Assembly (NCBI GenBank): GCA_018830565.1
Contig: JAHJRX010000062.1
Coordinates: forward strand, 2,324-66,323
Source of the DNA: a bacterium
GTDB lineage: Bacteria > UBA9089 > JAHJRX01
Length of the DNA: 64,000 nucleotides
Direction of reading: 5' to 3'
Every line of letters begins with the position of its first letter. Position 1 is the stretch's first letter. Positions 50,816-61,782 of this stretch are shown in pieces. Under the pieces are notes generated by a model. The model had not been told where the DNA came from, searched no databases, and saw only the letters and a list, made by a program, of their open reading frames with translations. The translations under genes were made by a program, and so were the position numbers.

Positions 50816-51919
50816 TTAATCCACCTTTATTCTCATAGGCAAAATAACATACTTATAACTCTCATCATAAGATATCAGTCCCGCCCTTTTTTCATCTTCA
50901 AAGCTAAAACATATTTCCTCTTCTTCTATATTCTTTAAAACATCGATCAAGTATTTAGCATTAAAACTAATCTTTAAATCATCACCTTGATATTTTACTT
51001 TTACCTCCTCATTACAGCTTCCTATCTCTGGAGTATAAGAACTAATAGCAAGGCTATCAGAAGATAAAGTAAAAAAAAGTTGATTATTGGAGATTATTGA
51101 TACTCTTTTGCAAGTATTTAAAAATACTCTTCTGTTGATATGAAATTTATTCTTATTTTCGTGAGGAATTAACTCTTTATAATTTGGATAATTTCCTTCT
51201 ATCAACTTAGAATTTAAAACAAAATCGTCTCCCTTGAAAGATATTTGATTTTCTTCTATAAAAAAATCTATCTTCTCCTCGTCATCATTTGTAATCTTAG
51301 AAAGTTCTTGTAAAGTTTTATTAGGAATAATGACTGCTAAATCAAGACTATTAAAATCAAACTTTTTATTATCCAACTTTTTATTAATAGTAGCTAATCT
51401 ATACCCGTCAGTAGCTACCATTTCTATATTACTACCACTGATAGATAAATAGATACTATTTAAAACATAACGGAAAGTATCTAAAGAGCTAGCAAATATC
51501 ACCTTTTTAATCATCTCTTTTAAGATAAAAGAAGGGATGCTAAAAGACTTCTCTTTATTAATTTCTGGAAATCTTGGAAATTCTTCTTCTGAGACATAGT
51601 TTAACTTATAAGTTGTTTTTTCACAAGAAATAACCACTTCTTTTTCATCTTTACTGATTAAGATTTCATTAGTTGGAGATTCTTTAACTATATCAAATAA
51701 TTTCTTACTTGAGATAACTACTTCTCCTTCTTTAAGAAGATTAACTTTAATTTTACACTCTAAACCAATTTCTAAGTTAGTAGTAAAAAGATGAAGATGA
51801 TTATCTTTTGCTTTTAGGTAAATATTAGACAAAATGGATAAAGAAAGTTTAGTAGAAGTTATTCCTTGACATTTAAGTAATGCCTTTAGTAATTTTTCTT
51901 TTTCACAAATTATTTGCAT
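50816..51919 (-). CDS. dnaN: DNA polymerase III beta sliding clamp
   Basis: 367 aa, positioned between dnaA and recF, with the MVATDGYRLA motif. Confidence 0.9.
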   Translation of the reverse strand: MQIICEKEKLLKALLKCQGITSTKLSLSILSNIYLKAKDNHLHLFTTNLEIGLECKIKVNLLKEGEVVISSKKLFDIVKESPTNEILISKDEKEVVISCEKTTYKLNYVSEEEFPRFPEINKEKSFSIPSFILKEMIKKVIFASSLDTFRYVLNSIYLSISGSNIEMVATDGYRLATINKKLDNKKFDFNSLDLAVIIPNKTLQELSKITNDDEEKIDFFIEENQISFKGDDFVLNSKLIEGNYPNYKELIPHENKNKFHINRRVFLNTCKRVSIISNNQLFFTLSSDSLAISSYTPEIGSCNEEVKVKYQGDDLKISFNAKYLIDVLKNIEEEEICFSFEDEKRAGLISYDESYKYVILPMRIKVD

Positions 51920-52127
51920 GTTTAAATAACTATTATTAATATATCTTTTAAGTCTAAATAGTAGTATAGCTTGTTAGTATGTTAATATGTCTATTAAACC
52001 TTTTATTACTCGAAGAAAAAATCGTGGATAGATAGTTGATAGTTTTTAACTTTTTAAACACTTTTAACAATTTAACAATCTTTTTTTAATTTATTCACAT
52101 TTTATAAACAATTAAATTTACTTTGCC

Positions 52128-53474
52128 TCATAAAGTGTCTTTTATTTCTTCTATAATCTTACCAAAGGACTCGATTTTTTCTATTTTTTCTTTAATCTTC
52201 TCATAAGCATGAATTACCGTAGAATGATCTCTTCCTCCAAAACTTGCCCCAATTTCAGCTAAAGATAAATCAGTTAACTCTCTACATAAGTACATGGCAA
52301 TTTGTCTTGGTAAGGCAATAGCGTTATTTTTCTTTTTTGTCTTCATATCAGCAAGATGTAAACTAAAGTGTTTTACAATCTTGTTTTGTATTTGTTCTAT
52401 AGTAATAGATTCAAGTTTATCTTCCATAAATGAGTCTTTTAGAATTTTTTTAGCAAAATTAAGATCTATATCTTGATCTTGGTTATTTAAAATATAAGAA
52501 GCACTTACTTTATTTAAGGCTCCAATTAATTCCCTAATATTTTTACTAACTTTAAAAGCAATGTAATTTATAATTTCATCAGACAAGTTTATCTTCTTTT
52601 CTTCTATTTTCTTTTTTAAGATAGCAATACGAACTTCTATGGAAGGAGTTTGAATATCAGTAGTAAGACCTGATTCAAACCTCGATCTAAGACGTTCTTC
52701 AATAGTAGGTAATTCCCGGGGAGGTTTATCGCTAGTGATAATAATTTGTCGATGAGATTCATATAAGGTATTAAAAGTATGAAAGAACTCTTCTTTAGTA
52801 TTATCTTTTCCAGCTAAAAATTGAATATCATCTATTAATAAAACATCTGTAGTGCGATACTTATTTTTAAAAGAAAAAATAGACTTATCGTATCTTATGG
52901 ATTCTATGAATTCATTAGTAAAACGTTCGGATGAAGTATAGACAATTTTTTTATTTGGATGTAACTTTAAGATTCTATGCCCAATAGCTTGAATTAAATG
53001 AGTCTTACCTAGTCCTACTCCTCCATAAATAAATAGAGGATTATAAGCAGAAGCAGGGGATTCTGAAACAGCTAAAGCTGCAGCACAAGCAAATCGATTT
53101 GATTCCCCGGTAATAAAATTTTCAAAAGTATAATAAGGATTAAGATCAATATGGGTTAATAAATTTTTATTTTCCTTGTTAATTTTATCTGGTAATCTAT
53201 CTTCTGATAAAGAAGGGACATTTTCATACTTAGAAACAGTGATACTTATTAGTTTTAAATCTTTATTATTAGAAATATTAACAAGTGTTTGAAGAAGTTC
53301 TTCTTTATACTCTTTCTCTATTTTATCTCTTATAAAATTATTAGGAACTTCAATCTCTACTTTCTTATCGGAAATAGATTTAAGCTTAGTTTGACAAAAC
53401 CATAAATTAAAAGATCTTTGACTAACCTTTTTTTTAATACTACTTAAGACTTCATGCCACAGTTTTTCATCCAT
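52128..53474 (-). CDS. dnaA: Chromosomal replication initiator DnaA
   Basis: GGVGLGKTHL Walker A, DDIQFL and a C-terminal DHSTVIHA DNA-binding signature. Confidence 0.97.
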   Translation of the reverse strand: MDEKLWHEVLSSIKKKVSQRSFNLWFCQTKLKSISDKKVEIEVPNNFIRDKIEKEYKEELLQTLVNISNNKDLKLISITVSKYENVPSLSEDRLPDKINKENKNLLTHIDLNPYYTFENFITGESNRFACAAALAVSESPASAYNPLFIYGGVGLGKTHLIQAIGHRILKLHPNKKIVYTSSERFTNEFIESIRYDKSIFSFKNKYRTTDVLLIDDIQFLAGKDNTKEEFFHTFNTLYESHRQIIITSDKPPRELPTIEERLRSRFESGLTTDIQTPSIEVRIAILKKKIEEKKINLSDEIINYIAFKVSKNIRELIGALNKVSASYILNNQDQDIDLNFAKKILKDSFMEDKLESITIEQIQNKIVKHFSLHLADMKTKKKNNAIALPRQIAMYLCRELTDLSLAEIGASFGGRDHSTVIHAYEKIKEKIEKIESFGKIIEEIKDTL

Positions 53475-53581
53475 AAAAATACCTTCTTTTTAGTAATTCC
53501 TTAATTATTGGGGGAAGTTATAGTTAAAGCGTGTAAGGCTCTATAGGAAGTAAGTATTCAGCCAAGCTGATACCTGACGCT

Positions 53582-53705
53582 TATAGTAGTTATTAACGAA
53601 AACTAAACATAAGAAATAATACCGAGCAATAAAAGATAAACTCGTTGGAACTCAATTAATTTACTCTATGTCCTCTATGTCAAATTTCCATTAATAAGTG
53701 CCATA
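53582..53705 (+). mobile_element. MITE-2 copy 6 (with a 9-bp internal duplication)
   Basis: TATAGTAGTTATTAACGAAAACTAAACATAAG...CTCTATGTCCTCTATGTCAAATTTCCATTAATAAGTGCCATA, in the divergent dnaA/ilvB spacer. Confidence 0.8.
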
Positions 53706-53782
53706 TTTATATTTAAGGATTATATTATCTATTATCCAAAAAAGTTATTCAAGAAAAAAAACACCTTAAAGCTAAAAAAAAT

Positions 53783-53812
53783 TTGACAATGATTTAAAAG
53801 TTGATATATAAT
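53783..53812 (+). promoter_or_regulatory. Sigma-70-like promoter for the ilv-leu operon
   Basis: TTGACA (53783-53788), an 18-nt spacer, then TATAAT (53807-53812), about 65 nt upstream of the ilvB start. Confidence 0.45.
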
Positions 53813-53876
53813 CTGCTAAAGTTTAAGAGAATTAAGAAATTTTAAGTTTAAAAAATTTTTTATTAAAAAGAGGGCC

Positions 53877-55553
53877 ATGGTGTCTAAATTAAGTGGATCT
53901 CAAATATTAATAGAATCTTTAATTAAAGAAGGAGTAGAAGTAATCTTTGGAATTCCAGGGGGTGTAGTCTTACCTATATTTGATGTCTTATACGATGCTC
54001 CTCTTAGATTTATTTTAACCAGACATGAACAAGGGGCTATTCACGCAGCTGATGGTTATGCTCGTTCTACAGGAAAGGTAGGTGTTTGCCTGGCTACTTC
54101 TGGTCCTGGGGCTACTAACTTAGTTACAGGAATTGCTACTGCTTATATGGATTCTATACCTGTTGTAGCTTTGACTGGACAAGTGCCAAGTAATATGATT
54201 GGTAATGATGCTTTTCAAGAAGCAGATATTGTGGGTATCACCAGGCCCGTTACTAAGCACAGTTTTTTAGTAAAAGATATCCAAGATTTAGCCACGACCA
54301 TTAAGCAAGCTTTTTATATTGCTAAAACAGGGAGACCAGGTCCGGTATTAGTAGATCTACCTAAAGATGTTTTAACTTCAACTATAGAATATCATTATCC
54401 TGAAACTATATCTATTAGAGGGTATAATCCTAATTATTTTGGTCATGTTAAGCAAATTAAGAAAGCAGCTGCTAAGATTAATGCTTCTAAGAAACCAGTA
54501 ATTTACGCCGGCGGAGGAGTTATTTTATCGAATGCCAGTGAAGAATTAAAGATATTAGCTAAAAAGACTAATATTCCAGTCACGAATACTTTATTAGGCT
54601 TAGGAGGATTTCCAGGTGAGCATCCTTTATTTTTAGGAATGTTAGGTATGCATGGTACATTTTATGCTAATTATGCCGTCTCTGAGAGTGATTTAATTAT
54701 AGCTATTGGGGCACGTTTTGATGATAGAATTACAGGAAAGATTGATGAGTTTGCGCCCTTAGCTGAAATTATTCATATTGATATAGATCCTTCGGCTATA
54801 AGCAAGAGTATTAAAGTTCATATTCCTATTGTTGGTGATGTTAAAAATGTCCTCACAGAACTAAATAAATTAGTGACGAAAGTAGATACCAAAGAGTGGT
54901 TAAAAAAGATAGATCAATGGAAAAAAGAAAATCCTCTAACTTATAAAAAAGATGGGCGGCTTCACCCTCAATTTGTGATAGAAAAGATTTATGAAATTAC
55001 TAAAGGAGAAGCAATTATTACTACCGAAGTAGGGCAAAATCAAATGTGGGCAGCTCATTTTTATAAGTTTTGCAAACCTAGACATTTTCTTTCTTCTGGT
55101 GGGTTAGGCACTATGGGCTATGGATTTCCTGCTGCTATTGGAGCAGCCATAGGTAACCCAGATAAGATTGTTATTGATATTGCCGGAGATGGAAGTTTTC
55201 AAATGAATACTCAGGAATTAGCTACGGCTGTAATTAATAAAGTTCCAGTTAAAGTAGCTATCTTAAATAATCAATGCTTAGGAATGGTTAGGCAATGGCA
55301 AGAATTATTCTTTAAGAAGAGGTATTCTTATACCTGTCTAAAAGGAAGTCCAGATTTTGTTAAATTGGCAGAAGCTTATGGAGCAGAAGGGATCTTAGTT
55401 ACAAAATGCGAGGAAGTAGAGGAAGCTATCAAAAAAGCCATAAGCTCACCTCTTCCCACAGTGATGGATTTTAGAGTAGTAGAAGAAGAGAATGTTTTTC
55501 CTATGGTACCGACCGGTGCAGCTTTAACTCAAATGATGTCAGGAATTGCTTAA
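53877..55553 (+). CDS. ilvB: Acetolactate synthase large subunit
   Basis: ThDP enzyme with IFGIPGG and a [15 protein letters not shown]...GDGSFQMN ThDP-binding motif. Confidence 0.93.
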   Translation: MVSKLSGSQILIESLIKEGVEVIFGIPGGVVLPIFDVLYDAPLRFILTRHEQGAIHAADGYARSTGKVGVCLATSGPGATNLVTGIATAYMDSIPVVALTGQVPSNMIGNDAFQEADIVGITRPVTKHSFLVKDIQDLATTIKQAFYIAKTGRPGPVLVDLPKDVLTSTIEYHYPETISIRGYNPNYFGHVKQIKKAAAKINASKKPVIYAGGGVILSNASEELKILAKKTNIPVTNTLLGLGGFPGEHPLFLGMLGMHGTFYANYAVSESDLIIAIGARFDDRITGKIDEFAPLAEIIHIDIDPSAISKSIKVHIPIVGDVKNVLTELNKLVTKVDTKEWLKKIDQWKKENPLTYKKDGRLHPQFVIEKIYEITKGEAIITTEVGQNQMWAAHFYKFCKPRHFLSSGGLGTMGYGFPAAIGAAIGNPDKIVIDIAGDGSFQMNTQELATAVINKVPVKVAILNNQCLGMVRQWQELFFKKRYSYTCLKGSPDFVKLAEAYGAEGILVTKCEEVEEAIKKAISSPLPTVMDFRVVEEENVFPMVPTGAALTQMMSGIA

Positions 55554-55564
55554 AAAGGAAGACA

Positions 55565-56035
55565 ATGAAACATACTATTTCTGTTTTAGTTGAGAATAAA
55601 TTTGGAGTATTAGCTAGGGTTTCAGGGTTATTTAGTAGTAGAGGGTTTAATATAGATAGTCTTACCGTAGGAGAGACTGATAATCCAGAAACATCTCGGA
55701 TGACTATTGTAGTTAAAGGCGATGATCGAATTTTAGAACAAGTAACTAAGCAACTTAATAAGTTAATCGATGTAGTAAAAGTGATTGATTTAACCAATGA
55801 AGAGAAAGTAGGGAGGGAGTTAATCTTAATTAAAGTAAGTAGCGAGATGCGACGAGCAGAAATTATTGAAATAGCTGACATTTTTCGGGCCAAGATTGTA
55901 GATGTAGCTCCTAAATCAATTATTGTCGAGATGACTGGAAATAGCGGAAAGATTGAAGCTTTAATAGAGTTATTAAGGCCATTTGGAATTAAAGAATTAG
56001 TGCGGACGGGAAAGGTAGCCATGATAAGGGGTTAA
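55565..56035 (+). CDS. ilvN: Acetolactate synthase small (regulatory) subunit
   Basis: ACT domain N-terminus HTISVLVENKFGVLARVSGLFSSRGFNI. Confidence 0.9.
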   Translation: MKHTISVLVENKFGVLARVSGLFSSRGFNIDSLTVGETDNPETSRMTIVVKGDDRILEQVTKQLNKLIDVVKVIDLTNEEKVGRELILIKVSSEMRRAEIIEIADIFRAKIVDVAPKSIIVEMTGNSGKIEALIELLRPFGIKELVRTGKVAMIRG

Positions 56036-56244
56036 GACCAAGTTGCAATCAGAAATAAAATGTCGCAAGCTACCAAATTCGAAATATAAAATAAGGTGAA
56101 AAATTCAAAATACGAATATCGAAATTCGAAACAATGAAAGAAAAAGAAGGAAAATTCGAAATTCAAATATCAAATGTCTTAAATATCTTATTGAACTTGT
56201 GATCTTAATTAAAATGTTAAGTAAAAATTGAGAGGAGAAAAATA

Positions 56245-57249
56245 ATGGTCAATATTTATTACGATAAAGATGCAGATTTAGAGATCTTGAGAAATAAAAA
56301 GATAGCTATTATTGGTTATGGAAGCCAAGGTCATGCTCAAGCTCAAAACCTAAGAGATAGTGGTTTAGAGGTAATAGTAGCTGAGGTAGAAAGAAGCAAA
56401 GCCTGGGAAAGAGCCAAGAGGGATGGGTTTGAGGTAACATCTGCTCAAAAAGCAGCTAAAGAAGGGGATATAATTCAAGTATTAGTTCCAGATCAAATTC
56501 AAACAATGGTTTATGATGAATTTATTAAAGATAATTTAAAAGAAGGAAATGTTTTGGGATTTTCTCATGGATTTAATATTCATTTTGGACAAATTATTCC
56601 TCCTGCTCATATTGATGTAATTATGGTGGCTCCAAAAGGCCCTGGACATTTAGTGAGAAGAGTGTTTAAGGAAGGAGGAGGTGTTCCTAATTTAATTGCT
56701 ATTTATCAAGATTATTCAAAAAAGGCTAAAGAGACGGCCTTAGCTTATTCCAAAGGGATTGGAGGAACCAAAGCTGGGACATTAGAAACTACTTTTGCTG
56801 AGGAGACAGAAACAGATCTTTTTGGAGAACAAGTTGTTCTTTGTGGCGGAGTGTCTTCGTTAATTAAAGCTAGCTTTGAAACCTTAGTAGAAGCAGGGTA
56901 TCAACCAGAAATTGCTTATTTTGAGTGTTGTCATGAATTAAAACTTATTGTCGATTTAATCTATGAATATGGAATTTCAGGGATGCGTTATTCTGTCAGC
57001 GATACAGCAGAATATGGTGATTTAACCAGAGGCCCAAGAATAATAGATGAAAAGACTAAAGAAAGGATGGGGGAAATCTTAAAAGAGATTCAGTCTGGGT
57101 CTTTTGCTCGGGAATGGATTTTAGAAAATAAGGCTAATCGACCAGTCTTTAATGCTTCAAGAAAAAAAGACCAAAAACATCTAATTGAAGAAGTAGGTAA
57201 AAATTTAAGAAGTATGATGAGTTGGATTAAAGAGAAAGAAGAATTGTAA
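56245..57249 (+). CDS. ilvC: Ketol-acid reductoisomerase
   Basis: [19 protein letters not shown] Rossmann motif; 334 aa, class I. Confidence 0.95.
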   Translation: MVNIYYDKDADLEILRNKKIAIIGYGSQGHAQAQNLRDSGLEVIVAEVERSKAWERAKRDGFEVTSAQKAAKEGDIIQVLVPDQIQTMVYDEFIKDNLKEGNVLGFSHGFNIHFGQIIPPAHIDVIMVAPKGPGHLVRRVFKEGGGVPNLIAIYQDYSKKAKETALAYSKGIGGTKAGTLETTFAEETETDLFGEQVVLCGGVSSLIKASFETLVEAGYQPEIAYFECCHELKLIVDLIYEYGISGMRYSVSDTAEYGDLTRGPRIIDEKTKERMGEILKEIQSGSFAREWILENKANRPVFNASRKKDQKHLIEEVGKNLRSMMSWIKEKEEL

Positions 57250-57270
57250 AAGATGGAGCTTTTTAATTAA

Positions 57271-58785
57271 TTGGAGAAAATAATTATCTTTGATACTACT
57301 TTAAGAGATGGAGAGCAATCTCCTGGTGTCTCTTTTACCGTAAAAGAGAAGTTAGATTTAGCTAAGCAATTAGCAAGATTAGGAGTAGATATCATTGAAG
57401 CAGGTTTTCCTATATCTTCTAAAGGAGAATTTGAAGCAGTCAAGACTATTGCCCAACAAGTCCAAGAGCCAATTATCTGTGGCTTAGCTCGGGCTAAAAA
57501 AGAAGATATAAACTGTGCTTGGCAAGCATTAAAAGAGGCCAGATCTCCTCGTATCCATACTTTTATCTCCACTTCAAAGGTTCAAATAAAGTATCAATTA
57601 AATAAGACCTACGCTCAAGTTTTAAAGATAACTAAAGAAATGGTAGCTTTAGCTAAAAGCTGGACAGAAGATATAGAGTTTTCTCCTATGGATGCTACCA
57701 GGACAGAACTAGAGTTTTTGTATGAAGTTATTTACCACGCCATTGAAGAAGGAGCTACTACTATTAATATTCCTGATACGGTTGGTTATGCTATTCCCTT
57801 AGAATTTGGAGAAATAATAAAGAACATTAAAAGTAATGTTTCTAATATAAAAAAAGCAGTTATTTCTGTTCATTGTCATAATGATTTAGGTCTTTCTACG
57901 GCTAATTCTTTAGTCGCTGTTTTAAACGGAGCTAGGCAAGTAGAGGTCACCATTAATGGCATAGGGGAGCGAGCAGGAAATGCGGCCTTAGAAGAGGTAG
58001 TCATGTCTATCAACACTCGTAAAGATATCTTTAATCTTGAAAGTAAGATCAATACTACTCAGTTATATAAAACTTCTCGAATGGTTAGTCACTGTACGGG
58101 AATGATAGTTCAGTCCAATAAGTCAATTGTAGGAGAGAATGCTTTTGCTCACGAATCAGGAATTCACCAGGATGGGTTTTTAAAAGAACGAACTACTTAT
58201 GAGATTATGACTCCAGAAAGTGTAGGTATAGCCCAGAGTAAATTAATTTTAGGAAAACTTTCAGGAAGGCATGCCTTTAGTCAAAGAGTCAAAGAGTTAG
58301 GATTTGATCTGCCGAAGGAAGAGTTAGAAATAGCTTTTAAAAAGTTTAAAGATTTAGCTGATAAGAAAAAAGAAGTCTTTGATCAAGATATAGAAGCCAT
58401 CATAGAAGACGAACTAATTACTATTTCAGAGACTTATAAGTTAGAATATCTTCATGTAGTAAGCGGCAATAAGACTATACCTACTGCGACTGTGATCATC
58501 AAGAAGAAAGAAAAAGCTATCCAAGAAGCAGCTTGTGGAAATGGACCGGTGGACGCAAGTTTAAGAGCGGTAGATAAGATTACTAAGATAAGATGTAGTT
58601 TAATTGATTATAATATTAGGGCTATTACTACTTATCAAGATGCTTTAGGAGAGGTTAATATAAAGATAAGACATAAAAATAAGATATATTCAGGAAGGGC
58701 GACGAGTACTGATGTTGTGGAATCAAGCGTTAAAGCTTATCTAAATGCCATTAATCGTTTAATTTACAAAGAAGAACATCTTTAA
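57271..58785 (+). CDS. leuA: 2-isopropylmalate synthase
   Basis: [14 protein letters not shown] and HCHNDLGL motifs plus a C-terminal LeuA dimerisation/regulatory domain. Apparent TTG start. Confidence 0.9.
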   Translation: MEKIIIFDTTLRDGEQSPGVSFTVKEKLDLAKQLARLGVDIIEAGFPISSKGEFEAVKTIAQQVQEPIICGLARAKKEDINCAWQALKEARSPRIHTFISTSKVQIKYQLNKTYAQVLKITKEMVALAKSWTEDIEFSPMDATRTELEFLYEVIYHAIEEGATTINIPDTVGYAIPLEFGEIIKNIKSNVSNIKKAVISVHCHNDLGLSTANSLVAVLNGARQVEVTINGIGERAGNAALEEVVMSINTRKDIFNLESKINTTQLYKTSRMVSHCTGMIVQSNKSIVGENAFAHESGIHQDGFLKERTTYEIMTPESVGIAQSKLILGKLSGRHAFSQRVKELGFDLPKEELEIAFKKFKDLADKKKEVFDQDIEAIIEDELITISETYKLEYLHVVSGNKTIPTATVIIKKKEKAIQEAACGNGPVDASLRAVDKITKIRCSLIDYNIRAITTYQDALGEVNIKIRHKNKIYSGRATSTDVVESSVKAYLNAINRLIYKEEHL

Positions 58786-60074
58786 TGAAGCAAACCATTA
58801 CTGAAAAGATCCTTTCTAACCATGCAGGAAGAAAAGTTAGTTCTAAAGAATTAATAGAAGCTACGGTTGATCTGGCCTTAGGAAATGATATTACTGCCCC
58901 TTTAGCCATTAAGGAATTTGAAGAATTAGGATTAGAAGAAGTTTTTGATAGAAAGAAGATAGTCTTAGTTCCTGACCACTTTACACCCAATAAAGATATT
59001 AAATCTGCTCTTCAAGCTAAGATTCTAAGAGATTTTTCTAAAAAGTATAAAATAGAGAATTATTTTGAAGTAGGAAGAATGGGGATTGAGCACGCTCTTT
59101 TACCTGAGCAAGGTTTAGTTTTACCAGGAGACTTAATTATTGGTGCTGATTCTCATACCTGTACTTATGGAGCTTTAGGAGCTTTTGCCACAGGCGTAGG
59201 GAGTACAGATTTAGCTCATGCGATGGCTACAGGCAAGTGTTGGTTTAAAGTACCAGAAAGTATTAAATTTATCTTTTATGGAAAACTAAACCCGTGGGTA
59301 AGTGGCAAAGATTTAATCTTATATGTTATTTCTCAAATTGGAGTTGATGGAGCCCTTTATGAAGCCATGGAATTTACAGGAGAAACGTTCAAAGAGCTTT
59401 CCATGGCTGATCGTTTTACCGTTTGCAATATGGCGATTGAAGCTGGAGCTAAAAATGGAATTATAGCTTTTGATGAAGTCGCCAAAGGTTATCTAGAGAA
59501 GAAAACACCAAAGAATTATAAGGTATATTACAGTGATGAAGGAGCTTTTTATAAAGAAGTATATGAATTTGATGTCTCTAAGATAAATCTACAAGTTGCT
59601 TTTCCTCATCTTCCTTCTAATTGCCAGGAAGTGGAAAAAGTTGGACCTATTAATATAGATCAAGTAGTAATTGGGTCTTGTACTAATGGAAGGATTGAAG
59701 ATTTAAGAGTAGCCGCTTCTATCTTAAAGGGTAAAAAAGTTCATCCTGAAGTAAGATTAATTATTATTCCAGCTACTCAAAATATATATTTAGAAGCCCT
59801 AAGAGAAGGCTTGATAGAAATCTTTATTGAAGCTAAGGCGGTGGTAAGTACGCCTACTTGTGGACCATGCTTAGGTGGGCATATGGGGATTTTAGCTAAA
59901 GGGGAACGATGCGTCTCAACTACTAACCGTAATTTTGTAGGTCGAATGGGCGATGTGGGGAGTGAAGTTTATTTAACCAATCCAGCAGTAGCTGCTTCTT
60001 CTGCTGTTTTAGGTAGAATTGCCTCTCCTCAAGAAATAGCCAAATCTGATGTATTTGGGTATAACCCAGCATAA
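58785..60074 (+). CDS. leuC: 3-isopropylmalate dehydratase large subunit
   Basis: Aconitase-family motifs GADSHTCT and CGPCLGG; 429 aa. Confidence 0.9.
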   Translation: MKQTITEKILSNHAGRKVSSKELIEATVDLALGNDITAPLAIKEFEELGLEEVFDRKKIVLVPDHFTPNKDIKSALQAKILRDFSKKYKIENYFEVGRMGIEHALLPEQGLVLPGDLIIGADSHTCTYGALGAFATGVGSTDLAHAMATGKCWFKVPESIKFIFYGKLNPWVSGKDLILYVISQIGVDGALYEAMEFTGETFKELSMADRFTVCNMAIEAGAKNGIIAFDEVAKGYLEKKTPKNYKVYYSDEGAFYKEVYEFDVSKINLQVAFPHLPSNCQEVEKVGPINIDQVVIGSCTNGRIEDLRVAASILKGKKVHPEVRLIIIPATQNIYLEALREGLIEIFIEAKAVVSTPTCGPCLGGHMGILAKGERCVSTTNRNFVGRMGDVGSEVYLTNPAVAASSAVLGRIASPQEIAKSDVFGYNPA

Positions 60075-60182
60075 AAAGTTTGTGCCTTATGGCACGCACC
60101 CCTGTTTGCCGGCAGGCAGGCAAATTCTTACTTCACAAAAACTTCTTTTATGCTGGAACCGAGAGAATGTTTTTTTAGAGGA

Positions 60183-60692
60183 ATGATGATTATTAAAGGG
60201 AAAGCTTGGAAGTATGGGGATAATGTAAACACCGATGAGATCATACCGGCTCGTTATTTAAATACTTCCGATTCGAGAGAATTGGCTAAACATTGCATGG
60301 AAGATCTTGATTTAAGCTTTGTTAAAGAAGTAAAAGAGGGGGATGTGGTGGTGGCTTTAAAGAATTTTGGGTGTGGATCTTCTCGAGAGCATGCTCCTTT
60401 AGCTCTTAAGGCATCGGGCATAAGTTGTATTATGGCCGCTACTTTTGCTCGTATTTTTTATCGGAACGCTCTTAACATAGGATTACTCTTAATTGAATCT
60501 CCGCAAGCTTCAAAAGATATAGATAATAAAGATTTAATTGAGATAGATTTAAATAATCATAGAATCAGTAATTTAACTAAGAATAAATCTTATGATATTC
60601 TGCCGGTACCTGAATTTATGCAAAAAATGATTGCTTCAGGGGGGTTGATGTCTTACGTTAAATCTAATATTAAGTCTAAAATTAATAAATAA
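60183..60692 (+). CDS. leuD: 3-isopropylmalate dehydratase small subunit
   Basis: [21 protein letters not shown] and [11 protein letters not shown] prefer the Met at 60183/60186 as the start, because the track start at 60150 lies inside a palindromic insert. Confidence 0.85.
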   Translation: MMIIKGKAWKYGDNVNTDEIIPARYLNTSDSRELAKHCMEDLDLSFVKEVKEGDVVVALKNFGCGSSREHAPLALKASGISCIMAATFARIFYRNALNIGLLLIESPQASKDIDNKDLIEIDLNNHRISNLTKNKSYDILPVPEFMQKMIASGGLMSYVKSNIKSKINK

Positions 60693-60715
60693 CCATAACA
60701 ATAAAAGGAGTTAAG

Positions 60716-61780
60716 ATGTATAAGATTGCTGTCATTCCAGGGGATGGGGTAGGACCAGAGGTAGTAAGAGAAGGAATTAAGATTTTAGAAAAAGTAGCGT
60801 CGCTATTTGAATTTAATTATCAATTAATTACTTATGGATTTGGAGGAGATTATTACTTAAAACATAAAGAAGTCTTACCTTCTTCTGCCTTATCAGAATT
60901 AAGAGAAATGGATGTTATCTACTTAGGAGCGGTAGGTCATTCATTGATAAAGCCAGGTATATTAGAGAAAGAACTATTATTAAAGATTAGATTTGAACTT
61001 GACCAGTATATTAACTTAAGGCCAGTTAAGCTTTATCCTTTTGTCTGGACACCGATCAAAGATAAAGGTCCTGAAGATATTGATTTTGTAGTAGTTAGAG
61101 AAAATACCGAATGTTTATATACTGGCTTAGGAGGCTTTTTAAAGAAAGGAACATTGGAAGAGGTAGCGATACAAGAAGCCGTTTATACCAGAAAAGGAAC
61201 AGAGCGATGCGTTAAATATGCTTTTGAATTTACCAAGAAAAGAAATAAGAAGAAGAGACTTACTTTATGTGATAAAGCTAACGTCTTAAATTATGGACAT
61301 GATTTATGGCAAAGAGTCTTTTATAAAGTAGGAGAAGAATACCCTGAAATTGAAAAAGATCATGCTTATGTAGATGCTACTTGTATGTGGATGGTTAAGA
61401 ATCCAGAATGGTTTGATGTGATTGTTACTTGTAATATGTTTGGTGATATTATCACTGACTTAGGAGCGATGATTCAAGGTGGTATGGGAATAGCGGCTGG
61501 CGGAAATATTAATCCTGAAGGGGTGTCTATGTTTGAACCAATTCATGGCAGCGCCCCTAAGTATGCCGGGAAGAATCAAATTAATCCTTTGGCTGCTATC
61601 TTATCATTAGCGTTGATGGTAGCTAACTTAGGCGAAGAAGAAGCAGCTTTAGCTATCGAAGAAGGGGTATGTAAAGCCTTGGGAACTGGAAGGATTAAAG
61701 ATATGGCGGCAGGTAAGATGGGGCTTACTACTTCAGAGGTAGGGGATTTAGTTAAAGAATTTATTACTAAAGGTGAATAA
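60716..61780 (+). CDS. leuB: 3-isopropylmalate dehydrogenase
   Basis: [14 protein letters not shown]-terminus and NMFGDIITD motif. Confidence 0.9.
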   Translation: MYKIAVIPGDGVGPEVVREGIKILEKVASLFEFNYQLITYGFGGDYYLKHKEVLPSSALSELREMDVIYLGAVGHSLIKPGILEKELLLKIRFELDQYINLRPVKLYPFVWTPIKDKGPEDIDFVVVRENTECLYTGLGGFLKKGTLEEVAIQEAVYTRKGTERCVKYAFEFTKKRNKKKRLTLCDKANVLNYGHDLWQRVFYKVGEEYPEIEKDHAYVDATCMWMVKNPEWFDVIVTCNMFGDIITDLGAMIQGGMGIAAGGNINPEGVSMFEPIHGSAPKYAGKNQINPLAAILSLALMVANLGEEEAALAIEEGVCKALGTGRIKDMAAGKMGLTTSEVGDLVKEFITKGE

Positions 61781-61782
61781 TT

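Noticed and set aside
53706-53876. Leader peptide, attenuator or T-box upstream of ilvB
   Set aside because: Only about 65 nt separate the putative promoter from the start. There is no Ile/Leu/Val-rich mini-ORF, terminator or T-box specifier structure visible.
56041-56062. GTTGCAATCAGAAATAAAAT as a solo MITE-1 terminus
   Set aside because: It resembles TATGCAATCTGATAAAT over only about 12 nt in AT-rich DNA, with no second terminus and no G+C-rich core nearby.
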